From the NCBI RefSeq assembly GCF_009914755.1, contig NC_060931.1: 64,000 nt of DNA. One strand, given 5' to 3'. This stretch comes from the human T2T-CHM13v2.0 reference genome, Homo sapiens. The notes beneath the pieces are model-generated. The model was given only the letters and a program-made list of their open reading frames with translations, did no database searches and had not been told where the DNA came from. Shown here in pieces: positions 36,707 through 64,000 of the stretch (position 1 is the first letter of the stretch; every line of letters begins with the position of its first letter). Made by a program: the position numbers and the translations under genes.

Positions 36707-37042
36707 GCCAGGTGCAGTGGCTCATGCCTGTAATCCCGGCACTTTGGGAGGCCAAGGCAGGAGGATCACCTGAGGTCAGGAGTTTGAGACCAGCCTGGGC
36801 AACAGAGGGAGACCCTGTCTGTACAAAACATAAAAATTAGCCAGGCATGGTGACATGTTGGCCTCTACTGTCTCTTGCTATCTAGCCTCCTGGGTCAGTC
36901 CCAGCTACTTTGGAAGCTAAGGTGGGGAGGATCACTTGAGCCTGGGGGTGTGTAGGGGTGGGGGTGGGAGGCAGGGAGGTGGGTGTCGAGGCTGCAGAGA
37001 CCTGTGATCACCCCACTGCACTCCAGTGAGCAACAGAGAAGA

Positions 37043-37045
<3 letters not shown>
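36707..37045 (+). mobile_element. AluJ-like with 36-bp foreign insert and G-rich expansion
   Basis: Alu arms interrupted at 36861-36896 and about 36944-36983. Confidence 0.88.

Positions 37046-37108
<63 letters not shown>
37045..37108. repeat. Compound (CT)n(CA)n microsatellite
   Basis: Direct inspection. Confidence 0.95.
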
Positions 37109-37110
<2 letters not shown>

Positions 37111-37768
37111 GCAAGCAGCACAGCTTCTTCCATCAGCAGTTCTTCTGTTCTGTTTTGTAAACACCCCCACCCCACCCCCAAAAATAAGAGCAATTAGATA
37201 TTTCAAATCATCATAGATAAAGCACTTAGGGGAGGGAATAAAGTAAGGGATAACCACGGTCTAGAACTCCAGTTGGAAATTAAGCCTCCAGAGTCTTCTC
37301 ATTACCATATCGGGAATGTGGAAAATCAATCAAATGAATGGAAATAGCAAAGGGATTCCAGAAATATTTTGGACATCGGTGCTCACTATATAATAAACAA
37401 GAAGCAATGCAATGTTGAGAGGAAGCTGTAATCATAATTACTAATAAATGCTATTAGGCGAATTATTACAGTGTGGAAAATAAGTAACAGATTCCTACCT
37501 CACACTGTGCACTGCAAAGCATTCCAGAAGGGTAAAAGAGCTAAGATTTTAAAGTAAAACAAACAAGAAAACCAGAATATCATACTGTCCTAGCTCTAGG
37601 AAGCTACAGTAGACAGCTTTTCAGTGTATCTTCCCAACTTGCAATGATTCCTTCTTCTTTGGAAACTGGCATCCACCCCTCAAGCCATAGGGGTGAGTCT
37701 TGAGGAGCCATATTTATCCTCTAAGGCCTGGTCCCCTAGGCATAGCTGATTGGATCCAGCTCAGGCAC

Positions 37769-38526
<758 letters not shown>

Positions 38527-38927
38527 GGCACCTAACCCAAACAGTAACAAACAGAGTTATTTCCCTGGGACTTGGGAATTGAGAATGAGGTTCTAGTCAC
38601 AGCCTGGGCTGGTCTCATGAAGAAAGAGAAGGCAAAGGGAGGCTGAGGTACCAGCCCTCTTATGCTCCAGGGACTGATTATGGAGAAAGTCTATTCCCAG
38701 AAACAAGAGAAGGAAGGAGTGGAGTGCGGTGAGGAGGAAGAAGAGGAGTCCTCCTAGAAGCGCCTTTCCTCTATAATCCCAGAACCTTTCTGCAGCGGCA
38801 CTGCTTTCCAGCCGTGGCTTCCCTATCTGCTTACAGTAAAGCCTGTTTTGTTTGCTTAGGGAAGCTCAACTAGTTTCTCTTGCTCGCAAGCAGAGTTAAT
38901 AGAAAAACTAGAATCAGAGTAAGATGC

Positions 38928-39728
38928 TGTATTAGTACTCTTTTGCTGCTGTAACAACTTTCCACAAACTCAGCGCTCAAAACAACACAAATTTGGCCGG
39001 GTGCGGTGGCTCATGCCTGTAATCCTAGCACTTTGGGAGGCCAAGGTGGGTGGATCACCTAAGGTCAGGAGTTTGAGACCAGCCTGGCCAACATGGCGAA
39101 ACCCTGTCTCTACTAAAAGTATAAAAGTTAGCTAGGTGTGGTGGCACATGTCTGTAATCCCAGCTACTTGGGAGGCTGAGACAGAATCACTTGAACGCAG
39201 GAGGCAGAGGTTGCAGTGAGCCAAGATCATGCCACTACACTCCAGCCTGGCCGACAGAGTGAGACTGCATCTCAAAAAAAAAAAAAAAAAAAAAAAAGCA
39301 ACACAAATTTTTTATCTTACGTTCTGTTGGTCAGAAGTGTGCTATGAGTCTCACTGGGTTAAAACCAAGGCATCAGCAGGGTTGCATTCCTTGCTGGAGA
39401 TTCCAGGGACAATACATTTCTTTGTCTTTTCCTCCTTCTTGAGGCTACCTGCTTTCCTTGGTTGGCGGCCCCGTCCTCCATCTTCCAAGCCTGCAAGGGC
39501 AGGGCAGGTACTTCTCACACTACTGTCTCTCTGCGGCCAGGAAAGATTCTTCACTCCTGTGATTAGGTTGGGCCCATCTGCATAATCTAAGATACTTTCC
39601 CCATCTCGAGGAATGTAACCTTAATCACACCATTTGCAAAGTCCCTTTTGCCATATGAGGTAATATATTCACAGGTCCTGGGGATTAGGATATGGATATC
39701 TTGAGGGCATATTATTTTGCCAACCACA
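38928..39728 (-). mobile_element. MLT1-family LTR with inserted Alu (38995-39297, +)
   Basis: TGTATTAG start; Alu TSD caacacaaattt. Confidence 0.8.
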
Positions 39729-39795
39729 GATGCACAATAGACTATATTATGACCATTTGTAGTAAGATAGATGACCAAGCATTTCTTTGTACTGT

Positions 39796-41167
<1,372 letters not shown>

Positions 41168-41649
41168 TTAATAAAAGTAATGTTTCTGGCAGGGGGCTAT
41201 AAGGTTAATTTTTGTATAGATACAATAAATGAAATAGACACCTGTAGGAAGCCAGGTACACCCACACATTCACTCAACAAATGCAGTGTGCCAGGTGCCA
41301 TTCTAGCACCAGGGAGAGAACATAACAAATGCTTGCCCCTCCTAAGTTTACATTCTACTGGAGGAGACAGATGTATGCAAATATATGTTATAGCTTATCC
41401 ATTACATATACTATAAAGTCAGATACAGGCTATGAAGATATAGACAATGAAGAAAAATAAAGCAAGTTGAGAGGATAGAGAGTGATGGAGGGAGTGCAAT
41501 TTTTTATGAGACATTTTTTGTTTTTTGTTTTTTTTAGAGACATGGTCTTGGTCTTGCTGTGTTTCTTAGGCTGACTTCAAACTCCTGGGCTCAAGCACTC
41601 CTCCTGCCTCAGCTTCATGAGGTGCTGGGACTACAAGGCACTTTTTTAA

Positions 41650-44499
<2,850 letters not shown>

Positions 44500-44500
<1 letters not shown>

Positions 44501-45120
44501 GAGCAGTTTGTTAGGAATGCCTTCTTGAGAAAGGGTATTTGAATGGACCTAAATGAGAACATAAGAATAAGCCTGAGTGCCAAGATCCTGAGGCAAGTGC
44601 TTGCTTGGTGTGTGTAAGGACACACAGCAAAAACTGTACCCATTAATCAGTAAAAAGGACAGCATGTTCAAGGTGGTGTGAGCAAATGAGATCCAGGAGG
44701 TTGCCAGGGGTTAGCGGGACGTTGGTGAAGTCCTGATGAGAAATTGAAATTTTACTCTAAGTGTGATGAAATGCCATCAGAGTGTTGAACACAAGAACGA
44801 TATAGTCAGACATATTTTAGAAGGATGACCCTGGCGCCTGAATGCAGAATTGGTTGTAGGAGGGTAAGGGGAAACAGGAAAGCTGTTAGCTCTTGGAGTG
44901 GCCCAGAGGACAAGTGACTGTAGCTCAGAAGAGGGTGGCAGTGTGAAGGGGACAAGGAGTAATTGGAGTCTAGATATATTTTGAAGGTGTAGCTGTCAGG
45001 ATTTGCTGATGACTCGGTGTGAGATGTTAGAGAAAGAGAAGAGGCATATATGGCTCCAAGGATCTTGGCCCGTGCAGCTGGGTGAACAGTGGTGCCATTT
45101 ACTGAGAAGAGAACTACATT
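44500..45120 (-). mobile_element. L2 fragment
   Basis: AGATATATTTTGAAGG...AGGATTTGCTGATG...GGTGCCATTTACTGAG. Confidence 0.7.
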
Positions 45121-45569
45121 CTTCAGTATGAAAACAGAACTGTCAGCCAGCACAGTGACCTTGCACCTGTAGACCCAGCAATTTTGAAGGTTGAGGTGGT
45201 GAGGGGGTATCATTTGAGCCAAAGAGCTTGAGAGCAGACTAGGCAATATATGACCCCATCTGAAAAAAAAAAAAAAAAAGAACTGTCACTACCCAGAAAA
45301 GACCTGAAACCTAATATCTCAGTTTGCAGTCACAGACTGGTATGGGATAAGATTACCTTTCCCAAACCAGCCACATTTCTACAATGTTGGCAACTAGTTG
45401 GAATTCCAGAAACCACTGAGATGGTACCATAAGATGGATGTTGGAGAAGAAAGAAAAGGTAAGTGAAACCAGTAGTTCTTAAGCACGTAAGAACCAAGCT
45501 TTTCCATGTTACTTCGCACTAATCTTCATTAGACTCCTTACAGCTAAGTAAAAATACACTTGTTTTTTC

Positions 45570-49290
<3,721 letters not shown>

Positions 49291-49465
49291 TTCTCATTTT
49301 TGGGAGGGAAGAAATTGAGGCTCAGAATAAGTTGCTCAAAGGTGCATGGCTAGTAAGGCCCAACTCAGGGCTCTTAATTCTGAATCTATCGTGCTGTCTC
49401 TCTGAAGAGGTTGCTTATTGGGCCCCTTTACCATTTTGCCCTTTCCCTTTGACTCAATGCTCTTA

Positions 49466-49897
<432 letters not shown>

Positions 49898-50300
49898 TCA
49901 CATCAACCCTCTTTGACTGGAGGGCCCACAGGCAAATGACAGTCAACATTGAATTTGTGACCTCAAAATGCCAAAATACTTTATGAGAATGACTCAGAAA
50001 TCAAGAAGCTACTTGTAACAAATCAAGTACTGAAATGCATTGTCAACACAGGACAGCCTCTCATCCCTGAGAAAAGGATTGTGTTAGGACATGCAGTTGA
50101 GGCTAAGACTCTTGAGGAACTGGGTGGGGTGTGGCTCAGGCTTGCTTGGGAGAGAAGCACTTTGCAGCCTGCCACCAGGCTGGAGACCTGAGTGTGCCAA
50201 GTCACTCTGCGTAGTCTAACAGACACTGGCAGTCTTGTATGTCTACAGGAGGGGATGCATGAACTTTCTCCAGGAACCTGAATACCATTCACGAACGACT

Positions 50301-50311
50301 GGGAAATTCCC
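50301..50311. promoter_or_regulatory. NF-kB consensus GGGAAATTCCC
   Basis: Matches GGGRNNYYCC on both strands; motif only. Confidence 0.35.
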
Positions 50312-50562
50312 TCTCCCCAGTCCCCACTGAACAGTTTCCTTCTCTCAAATGACAGGATTCCTGAATCTCTTTCTACTTCCTTCTATATCTAGGAGATAGC
50401 ACATCGCTGCAGCTGTCACTAATGGGAACGTGGCCTGATAGCTGTGGACAGTACTAGCAGCATTTTCTCAGTCTGCCTTCCTGCTACCCTTTGCTAGGCC
50501 AGCAGGATTCCCACAAGGGAATACTGAAGTCTGATGAATAGGAGCACATGTGTGCATGAGTG

Positions 50563-50563
50563 T

Positions 50564-50596
<33 letters not shown>
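50563..50596. repeat. (CA)n microsatellite
   Basis: Direct inspection. Confidence 0.9.
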
Positions 50597-51275
50597 GAAT
50601 TGAGAACTTATGGTATATTCTCCCCTCAAGAAGGGAAGAGCATTCTGGCTGGAAGATAGTGTCTTAGGATAGCCTCAATTTACCTCTGCTATCTCCAATG
50701 TGAAGGTATTATATTCCCACAATGCGAATCTTCCTCATACTTCCTGAGAAACCTCACACAAGAAATGGGAGAGCCTATATCCTTGAAGAATTACCTACTG
50801 ACATTTGGAGTAGAGAAATAAGGGCCTGCCTGAGCACATGTGTAAGTTCTTCCCTAATACATGAAATATTAGGAAAATCCCACAGGGCTTCGAGACTGCC
50901 ACAACCAGATATTTTACTCTTGCTCACTCAGGAAGGTAAAGAGAAAAGCAAAAACAAACAAAACAACACACACACACAATCAAATAGAAAATAAGTGCAG
51001 ATAGTTCACAAAGCAAAGCATCGGGTGTGCTATCAGGCTCCAAGGCAGCTTTCTCTACAGCTTGGACTTAGACATGTTATAACAGCCATTTTATTATGTC
51101 ACAGAAAGAAATAACTGAAGTAGGTCATAACATTTCAAATTATTTTTCCAGTAGGAATATTATGCCCTGATGACATAGTCTAGTTTCACTTCTTCCATAA
51201 GTCACCAGAGACTTTCCTTAAAATGGTCCCTTGTCTCCAGCCTCTTGCACTTCATGCCATCCTCATGTTGCCTTA

Positions 51276-52010
<735 letters not shown>

Positions 52011-53962
52011 CCTAATATTAACCAGTAAAGATTAATATCATTCCCCTAGTCAAAACTTTGAGATTTCCTTACTATCAAGAGAATTGACCCTTAATTCTGT
52101 GTGTTATTTGAGGCTTCTTACCAATCAGTTTCCCTACTTATCTATGTCCTTATTCTAACTCCTCCTACTCACACTTTAGTCCTGGATTCAAAACCCACCT
52201 CCTCCACTTCTATCCACACTGACCTCTGTCCCCTATTCCTATAGCATACTCACGGTACATCTCATTTTGGCAGCTTATTTATCAAGTGATTACTATGTAT
52301 GCTCAAGTGAACTAGATGTTTTGTGAACACTAAGAGAATGAGATAAGGTCCCTGACCTGAAGGAGGGAACGTTGCTGTTCTGTCATGCTATGTTTCCTGA
52401 GAGCAAGCCATGTATCCACAGGAAAATGGAAGTCTACAGGTTCCTCCAGGATGTCTCTGTGCTATGTACATGCTGGAATTTCAGAAAGACTTGCTAAATT
52501 GAATTAAATTCTCTCTCTCTCTCCAATTGATATAGTTGAAGTGCAATAACTAATATGCACTTAAACTGTCCAAAGTAACAGAACTAGTCCACTACCGCTA
52601 GGCCATGAGCAAGTCTTCCAGGGGTAAGAAAGGAAAACCCACCCTGGTGTGCAGCCCGATCAGCAACAAGGAAAAAGTTGCTCAGTGCAAGTCTACTCTC
52701 CTGTTTGGAGCCTTGTGGTTATGCTGGGTTATACTTGGTTGTGCAGGTGTAAACTGCTGAAGTGGGAAATTAAGTGTGGTGACCAAAAGTGTGATGCTCA
52801 AAGGAGTGAGGAAAGGCAAAATGAGCAGAGTGGGGAAGAGGAGCAGCAGAAACCTCCCAGAGCAGATGAGCAGCAGGGCCATCAAAGAAGGACTGGTTTC
52901 CTTCTCACATAACCAAGGCCAGTCCCTGGGAACCACAGTTCAGACTTCACATATTTGTAGCAGTAAAGGCTTGATGTTGGCAAGTTTATTTCCCAGACAC
53001 CTGTTCCCGCAGGTAACAGCAGCCAGAGCAGCTGCCGTGAGTGACTCTGAGGTCGTCTCTCTCAAAGGTCCCGAGCTGGAAGGATTTGGAGAAGCGCAAA
53101 CCCCAAACCCAGGTTCTTCTCCATGGGGCCCCGGGATACGTTGGAAAATCTAACCAAAGCAGGAAAAACTGGCGGGCCTGGAGAACGGGGCAGAGATGGA
53201 ACAGAAGTCCCCGTTGACTTCAGGCATCCCCTGTCTTTCCCATCCTGAGCCAGGAGAAAAGTCCGCTTCCTGCAGACGACCTCAGACCAAGCAAGGTGCC
53301 CGCCGAGTCTCTCCTTGCAGGTCCGGCCCACGATTTCCACTCATCTCTTTCCCCCGGGCGCGGGGCGGCGGCAGGCGGGGTCACCAGATCCCCCTAGCCC
53401 GGGCCCCTCCAGGCGCCAGGGACGCTGACGCTCGCGCTCTTCCTCTCTCGCCTCCCCTCCCCACCTCTCCGCTCCTTCGTCCAGTCCCTCCCCCAGCCTC
53501 GGCGCAGGGGGGCCGGGCTTGGCTCCGCGAGGCCCGTGCATTCCAGAGAGCCCAGCGAGCTAGAGCAACAAAGGAGCCGGGTCGCCGGCGGGGAGAGTTC
53601 GGGGGGCTGCGGCGCGCTGGGGCGAAGGTGGCTGCTGGGCCGCGGGCTGGCGCGGGGGCGGAGCCGGAGCTGCACTCGCACCCCCGGCCCGCGTCTGGCC
53701 TCCCTCGCGGGGCGGGGAGGTGGCTTTAATGGTGGGAGAGGGAATGGGGCTGGGGATTGGGGGCCCAGGGGTCTCCTAGGGCTGAAGACAACTTGGATTG
53801 CGAGGCTAGGGCTTGGGGAGTCGTGCATCCCGTTCCGGGCCTCCGCAGCCCAACATGGGCCCCGGGTTCCAAAGTTTGCGAAGTTGGGCGCCGAGGGGCC
53901 GGGGCGCGCGGAGCGTCCGGGGGGGCCCGGGCCCGGATTCTCTGGGCGCACAGGTCGCCTGA

Positions 53963-54433
<471 letters not shown>

Positions 54434-56729
54434 TAAGATGGGGGCACCCTTGGAAAGAACAGGCTCAGGCCTGAGTTTTGGAGAGGGCGGGGACAGCACC
54501 CGGGAGAGTTGGAGGGACAGATCCCGAAACTTTGGGGGCAGGTTACGTGCAGGATGGGACCCTCGGTCATGGGAAAAGGAGGGCAAGGAAGTTGACGAAG
54601 CGGGTCACAAAGGGCCTGAGCTGGTGGGTGAGCAAAGGATGGCGGGGATGAGGGGCCCGTGAGGAGGTGGCTCTAAGCCACGGGAAAAGACATTTTGTAA
54701 GAAGAGGAGATGCTCCACCTATTCTGGAAGCAGGGTGCCGGGGGATTCAAGGAGGTGTTGAAGACCCTGGGGAAATTGGAGTTGGAGAGGAAAAGGGGAG
54801 GGATGACGGAGGAAGAGGTTTAGACATTTGGAGGGAAGGGTAGGGGGACATGATCGAGTGAAGTTTTGAAGGAAAAGAAACCTCCCTAGTGATGAATTAT
54901 TAAAAGGTAACCAGAAAGTTCTGGAAATCTTGATTTGGGAGACAGGAATGAAGCCTAGAGAACTGTGATCTTGTCTGGCTTTCACGGGAGATTTCATTCA
55001 GTTTGTGCATCTGAAAAACCGGCCCTCTGACGCATGCAGGAGGTTATGAAGGAATAAGACCTTTCTAACAGTTATTTGTGTTTTCTTTGGAAATTTGGTT
55101 ACCGAGGCTGGTCAGGGCTGTGGAAGGACGCTTAAGTCTGGAGTGTTGAGAGCCTGTGGACACTTCCATGGTGGTTTGAAGTCCCAAAGCCCCCTCACTG
55201 GAGTGGCAGAGTCTGAAAAACTGCACACTGAACCCAAATGTCCTTCCTTAGCAGTGTGGAGTATACTCTCCCCCACCTGTCACTTTTCTAGATGAGGCTT
55301 GGAGGGTGCTGAGGAAGGGAGCTGGCCTTATCAGCCCTCGCTTCTAGCCAGTATGATTCTAAAACTGTCCTGGGAAAAAGAAAAGAAAACCAGGAGCCAG
55401 GAGCAGAACTGGGAGCCTCCCTCTTTTGACAGGGCTGGGGTACCCCATCTCTTAGCTCTGCCCAGGGGGCTGGTGAGGACCCTAATGTAGGGAGTGTATG
55501 TAGGCCGCCTGTCATTGACAAGTTCTCGGCCTTTGTCAGATGTTGGACAAGGCCATAAGGTTCCTGGCTTGGTGCAGATGCTGGAGGAGGAACTTGGAGG
55601 ATGGTATCCATGGTACCCATGAGGAAGAGCTGCATCCTTTTTGGGGATCAGGTTCTAAAGTCAGCACAGCACATTAGACAGAAATCATGTGTAAACAACA
55701 GTGGCTTTGAAAACTCTGCAGATTACCATAGTGTAAGGTGGATGTGGTTTTGCATATACACTTCTTTTACGATGTTTGCATACATGTGTTACATGTATAC
55801 TCATATATAAGAATGGGTATACATAGAAGATAAAATAATTGTAATTTTAAAGTTACATTCATGCAAAAGACTGAAATAATAATAATAATAATAAAAAGAA
55901 CACCAAAGTGAGATTAAGCAAGATTGCTTTGAGCACCACCCAAAATGAGACTTGAGTTTAGGAGCCAGCTGTGTGGAAAGTCCAAATCTCTCAGCACTAG
56001 AATCTCACCCAGTTCTGAGTTGCTCATGCTGTCAGAGGATAATCTTTCTGTCCCTCTCTTTATTGATTGTGCAAGGACCCATGGTTTAATTTTCCCAAGT
56101 TAAATGCATGTTTGATGTTGCCTCTGTGTAGTTACCATCAGATCAAGGAGGAAGGGTATGAACCTCTTTCCAGCCCATACTCTTGAGAGCAGCTGCTGAG
56201 CAGACAGAAGTAGTTTAAGCTGGAACATGTATCAATTAGTACCATCTGCAGGTTGTGCAGGTTGAAATCTCACTATCTGTGCCTTTTGGCAGGGCAGGGT
56301 CCTACAGAGATGCCAGCACTGAGCCCAGCACCGTTAGTTCCATTAGTTCACTATGAGTTCTTCTCTGCCACCAACCACCATCCCTCAGCTCATTCCTGTT
56401 TCCATATGTGTTCTGGTTGCACTCTTTCTGCTTGGGACTTGCAAGTAGGGCAGAAGCAGGTGTTGGCTTGAGCTGGGTAATGAGTAGGTAGAGTGAACCC
56501 AAGCCTCGTGTGAGAATCACAGCCAGGTCAGCTGGTAGCCTCTGGCAAGTGATTTATCATGTCCCGAGTTAATGATCTTGATTTTGCATTAGACAGGGTC
56601 AGTGTTACCTGGCTCTTAGGGGTGTTTTTGTGGGTGAAGGATGAAGGTGATCTAGGTTGTCTTCATCGGTAAACTCTTGAATGTAGGAACTGGGTCTTCA
56701 CTTTTTTTCAAAGCCTGTGAGTACTGAGT

Positions 56730-57790
56730 ACACAGCCATGCTTCTATTCATGCATTCAGTTATGTATTGAATGTTTGCTGTATGTCACATGCTGCGCATG
56801 TAAGGATGAAGAATACAGATATGATCCTCTGTCATCAAGAAGACAGGCTGGACATGGTGCTCACACCTGTGATCTCAGCACTTTGGGAGGCCGAGGCGGG
56901 AAGATTGCTCAATACCAGGAGTTTAAGACCAGCCTGAGACCTTGCCTCTAAAAAAAAAAAAGGAAGACAGATAATTCAACAGGCTTTGGAAATACCTGTG
57001 AAAGGTACTGTGGCATTTTAGGGTACTGAAAAAGCATAAAGGACCCAAGGAACATCCCAGAAGAACTGGCATTTAACCCATAACTTGACACATAAGCAGG
57101 AATTGCCTGGCCGAGGGAGAGTTGAGGTTTGAAGGGATAGGAAGAGGAAATAGCATGTACAAAGGTGTAGAGGTAGGAGGGCTTGGTGCTTTGAAAGAAA
57201 GTATAAGAGTTGCAGTAGAACTGGATCAAAGCGTGTGAGGGGTGGAATTGTGAGAGATAAGACCTAAAGAATTAGAAAATAAAGGGATTTATACCTCATA
57301 TTAAGTTTGGATGTTATCCAGGGGATGATAAGGAGCCATTGAAAGATTTTAAGCAAGGGAGAGATGTAATTGTCTTTGCATTTTAGCTGGATCTCTTTGG
57401 GTATGGTGTGAAGAAGCCATAGGAGCAGGGAAAGCCTGGAGCCTGGCTTCTTGACCAGGGGATGTTGAAGTAGCCCAAGTAAGAGACGATGGCGGTTGGG
57501 ACTGGGTAGCAGGACAGAGGGAGTGGGCAGATCCCACTAACTTTCAGAGGTAGTGCTCATAGGGCACTGATGAGTTAGATGTGGAGCCTCAGTGAGCAGG
57601 AGGCCTCGGGTTTCAGGCTTGGATGGAAGGTGGTGCCATTCCCTTTCACTAAGATAGAGAATGCTAGAGGAAGAAGAAGTTTAGGCAGGAGGTGTGGCTT
57701 TGATTTTGGCCGTGTGAATTAGAGATGCTCATTGGACATCTATGTGGAGATTCTCAGCAGATCTGGAAATAGGAATTGCTGGAGAGAGGT
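56730..57790 (-). mobile_element. L2 fragment with partial Alu (56846-56961)
   Basis: GGAGCCATTGAAAGATTTTAAGCA...GGTGGTGCCATT. Confidence 0.65.
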
Positions 57791-58383
57791 GGCCACTGTG
57801 TGCTTCCTTGGCCCTGACTACTGAGGCTTTGGAAGGATGCCATTGACTGAGGAAGTTTATAGCTCAGGTTGGTCCAATTTCTAGGTCTGTATAGACCTCA
57901 GGTCTTTCCTCTGTCTTTCATCTCTCTGGCCTCAGGCTTCTTCAGTCACTTAGCATCTCTCCCCTTTACAGCTGGAAATGCCTCCTCCCGGGCATTCCAA
58001 GCTGACCAGACAAACATAATGTCCAGGCCGTGGTCCACCTTAGGCCAAACCTGGTTTAGTAAGTGGGGCAAAAAAGCAGAGAGGCCTGCAGCTGGCAGTG
58101 GCGATAGGTCCCTGAGAGCCAGCACGTAGCCTCCTTAACCACTGCTGTGCTCTGTGTGGTACATAAGTGTGTGGCCCTGTCACCTTGCCCACTTGCAGGT
58201 AAGTAGGAGAGAGACAAAGGCTGGGAGGAATTTCTTGTTTGCCTCTCACACATTGAATTGAGGGCTGAGAGGAGGAATGTTTTTGGTGATGGTGGGTTAT
58301 TTTCAGGGACGGATCAGGAAGAATTTCCTTAGAGCTATTTCCAAACTTGGCTGGTAATCAGAGTCAGTTAAAAAGATATATAT

Positions 58384-59273
<890 letters not shown>

Positions 59274-59289
59274 CAAGTCTTCAATTTTG

Positions 59290-63200
<3,911 letters not shown>

Positions 63201-63457
63201 TGTACATGGCACAGAATTCAAAAGGAACAAGTTAAGTCCTACTTCTGCATCTAGCTACCCATTTTTCCTCTGCAGAAGTAACCACCAACACTGGTTTTTG
63301 TGTCCTTTTGGAAATATCCAACATCTGTCCAGATGTAGATGTGCTCTCAGTCTCTCCTCTACCGCCCAACCAGTACCATGCTCTATAGACTGCTCTCCAC
63401 TCAACTGAGTCCATGTAACATGACAACATTGGACATCATTCCATTTCAATGCACATC

Positions 63458-63801
63458 CTGTCATGCACCCCAGAAGGAGATTTTGGTTAACAATGGACCA
63501 CATGTGATGGTGTTCCCTTAAGATTATAATACCACATTTTTACTGTAGCCTTTCAATGTTTAGATATGTTTAGATACACTGATACTCACCGTTGTGTTAC
63601 AGTTGCCTGCAGTATTCAGTATAGCAACATGCTGTACAGGTTTGCAGCCTAGAAGCCATAGGTTATACTGTATCAGCTAGGTGTGCAGTAGGCTATACCA
63701 TCCAGGTTTGTGTAAGTACACTCTGATGTTCACACAAAGATGACATTGCCTGATGACACATTTCACAGAAGATATCCTCATTGTTAAGCAACATGTGACT
63801 A
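63458..63801 (+). mobile_element. Tigger3-like TcMar DNA transposon
   Basis: Diverged CAGTCATGC/GCATGACTG TIRs; TAAGATTATAATACC...TGTTTAGATATGTTTAGATACAC. Confidence 0.85.
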
Positions 63802-64000
63802 TATCTCAACCCTGAATAGTGTTCTATTATAATGGTGTACGTTATTTTACTTGGTTGGTCTCCTATTGATGGATATGGATTCAAGCTGTTTCTACTTTTT
63901 TGCTATTGCAAAACAGTGCTGCAATGAATAATCTATATTATCTTTGTGAACATGTGAAGTAGAAGTACTAGTATAAAATTTTGGTAGATAATGCCAAAGT

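Overview
Human (primate) genomic DNA, recognisable as the TSPAN33-SMO region (7q32, from recall). It contains the complete 8-exon TSPAN33 coding region (+ strand, ATG 9887 to TGA 32779). The exons join to 852 nt = 283 aa plus stop, all introns are GT-AG, and the large extracellular loop has the 8 cysteines of the TspanC8 group. It also contains the promoter CpG island, 5' UTR and first coding exon of SMO (ATG 54059, donor after 54389); the rest of SMO lies beyond the window. Most remaining sequence is interspersed repeat: about 50 Alu/FLAM copies, old L1/L2/MIR fragments, MLT1/MST/MER41/ERVL LTRs, MER5A and Tigger3, plus a retroposed Y1 RNA. I found no new protein-coding system, and nearly all extra ORFs in the track are Alu or GC-content artefacts. 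The most interesting signals are non-coding: (1) a perfect palindromic RFX X-box, an optimal GLI site in a promoter-like CpG island at the TSPAN33 3' end, and a strong CTCF site, together suggesting cilium/Hedgehog-responsive control elements upstream of SMO; (2) that CpG island lies between proximal and distal poly(A) signals; (3) a point change in the Y RNA copy creates a cryptic 3' splice site with an in-frame stop; (4) in-frame uORFs in both genes; (5) a tail-to-tail inverted Alu pair at a palindromic target site; (6) a 36-bp templated insertion inside an Alu. All regulatory roles are inference from motifs. Repeat coordinates and subfamily calls are by eye and approximate.
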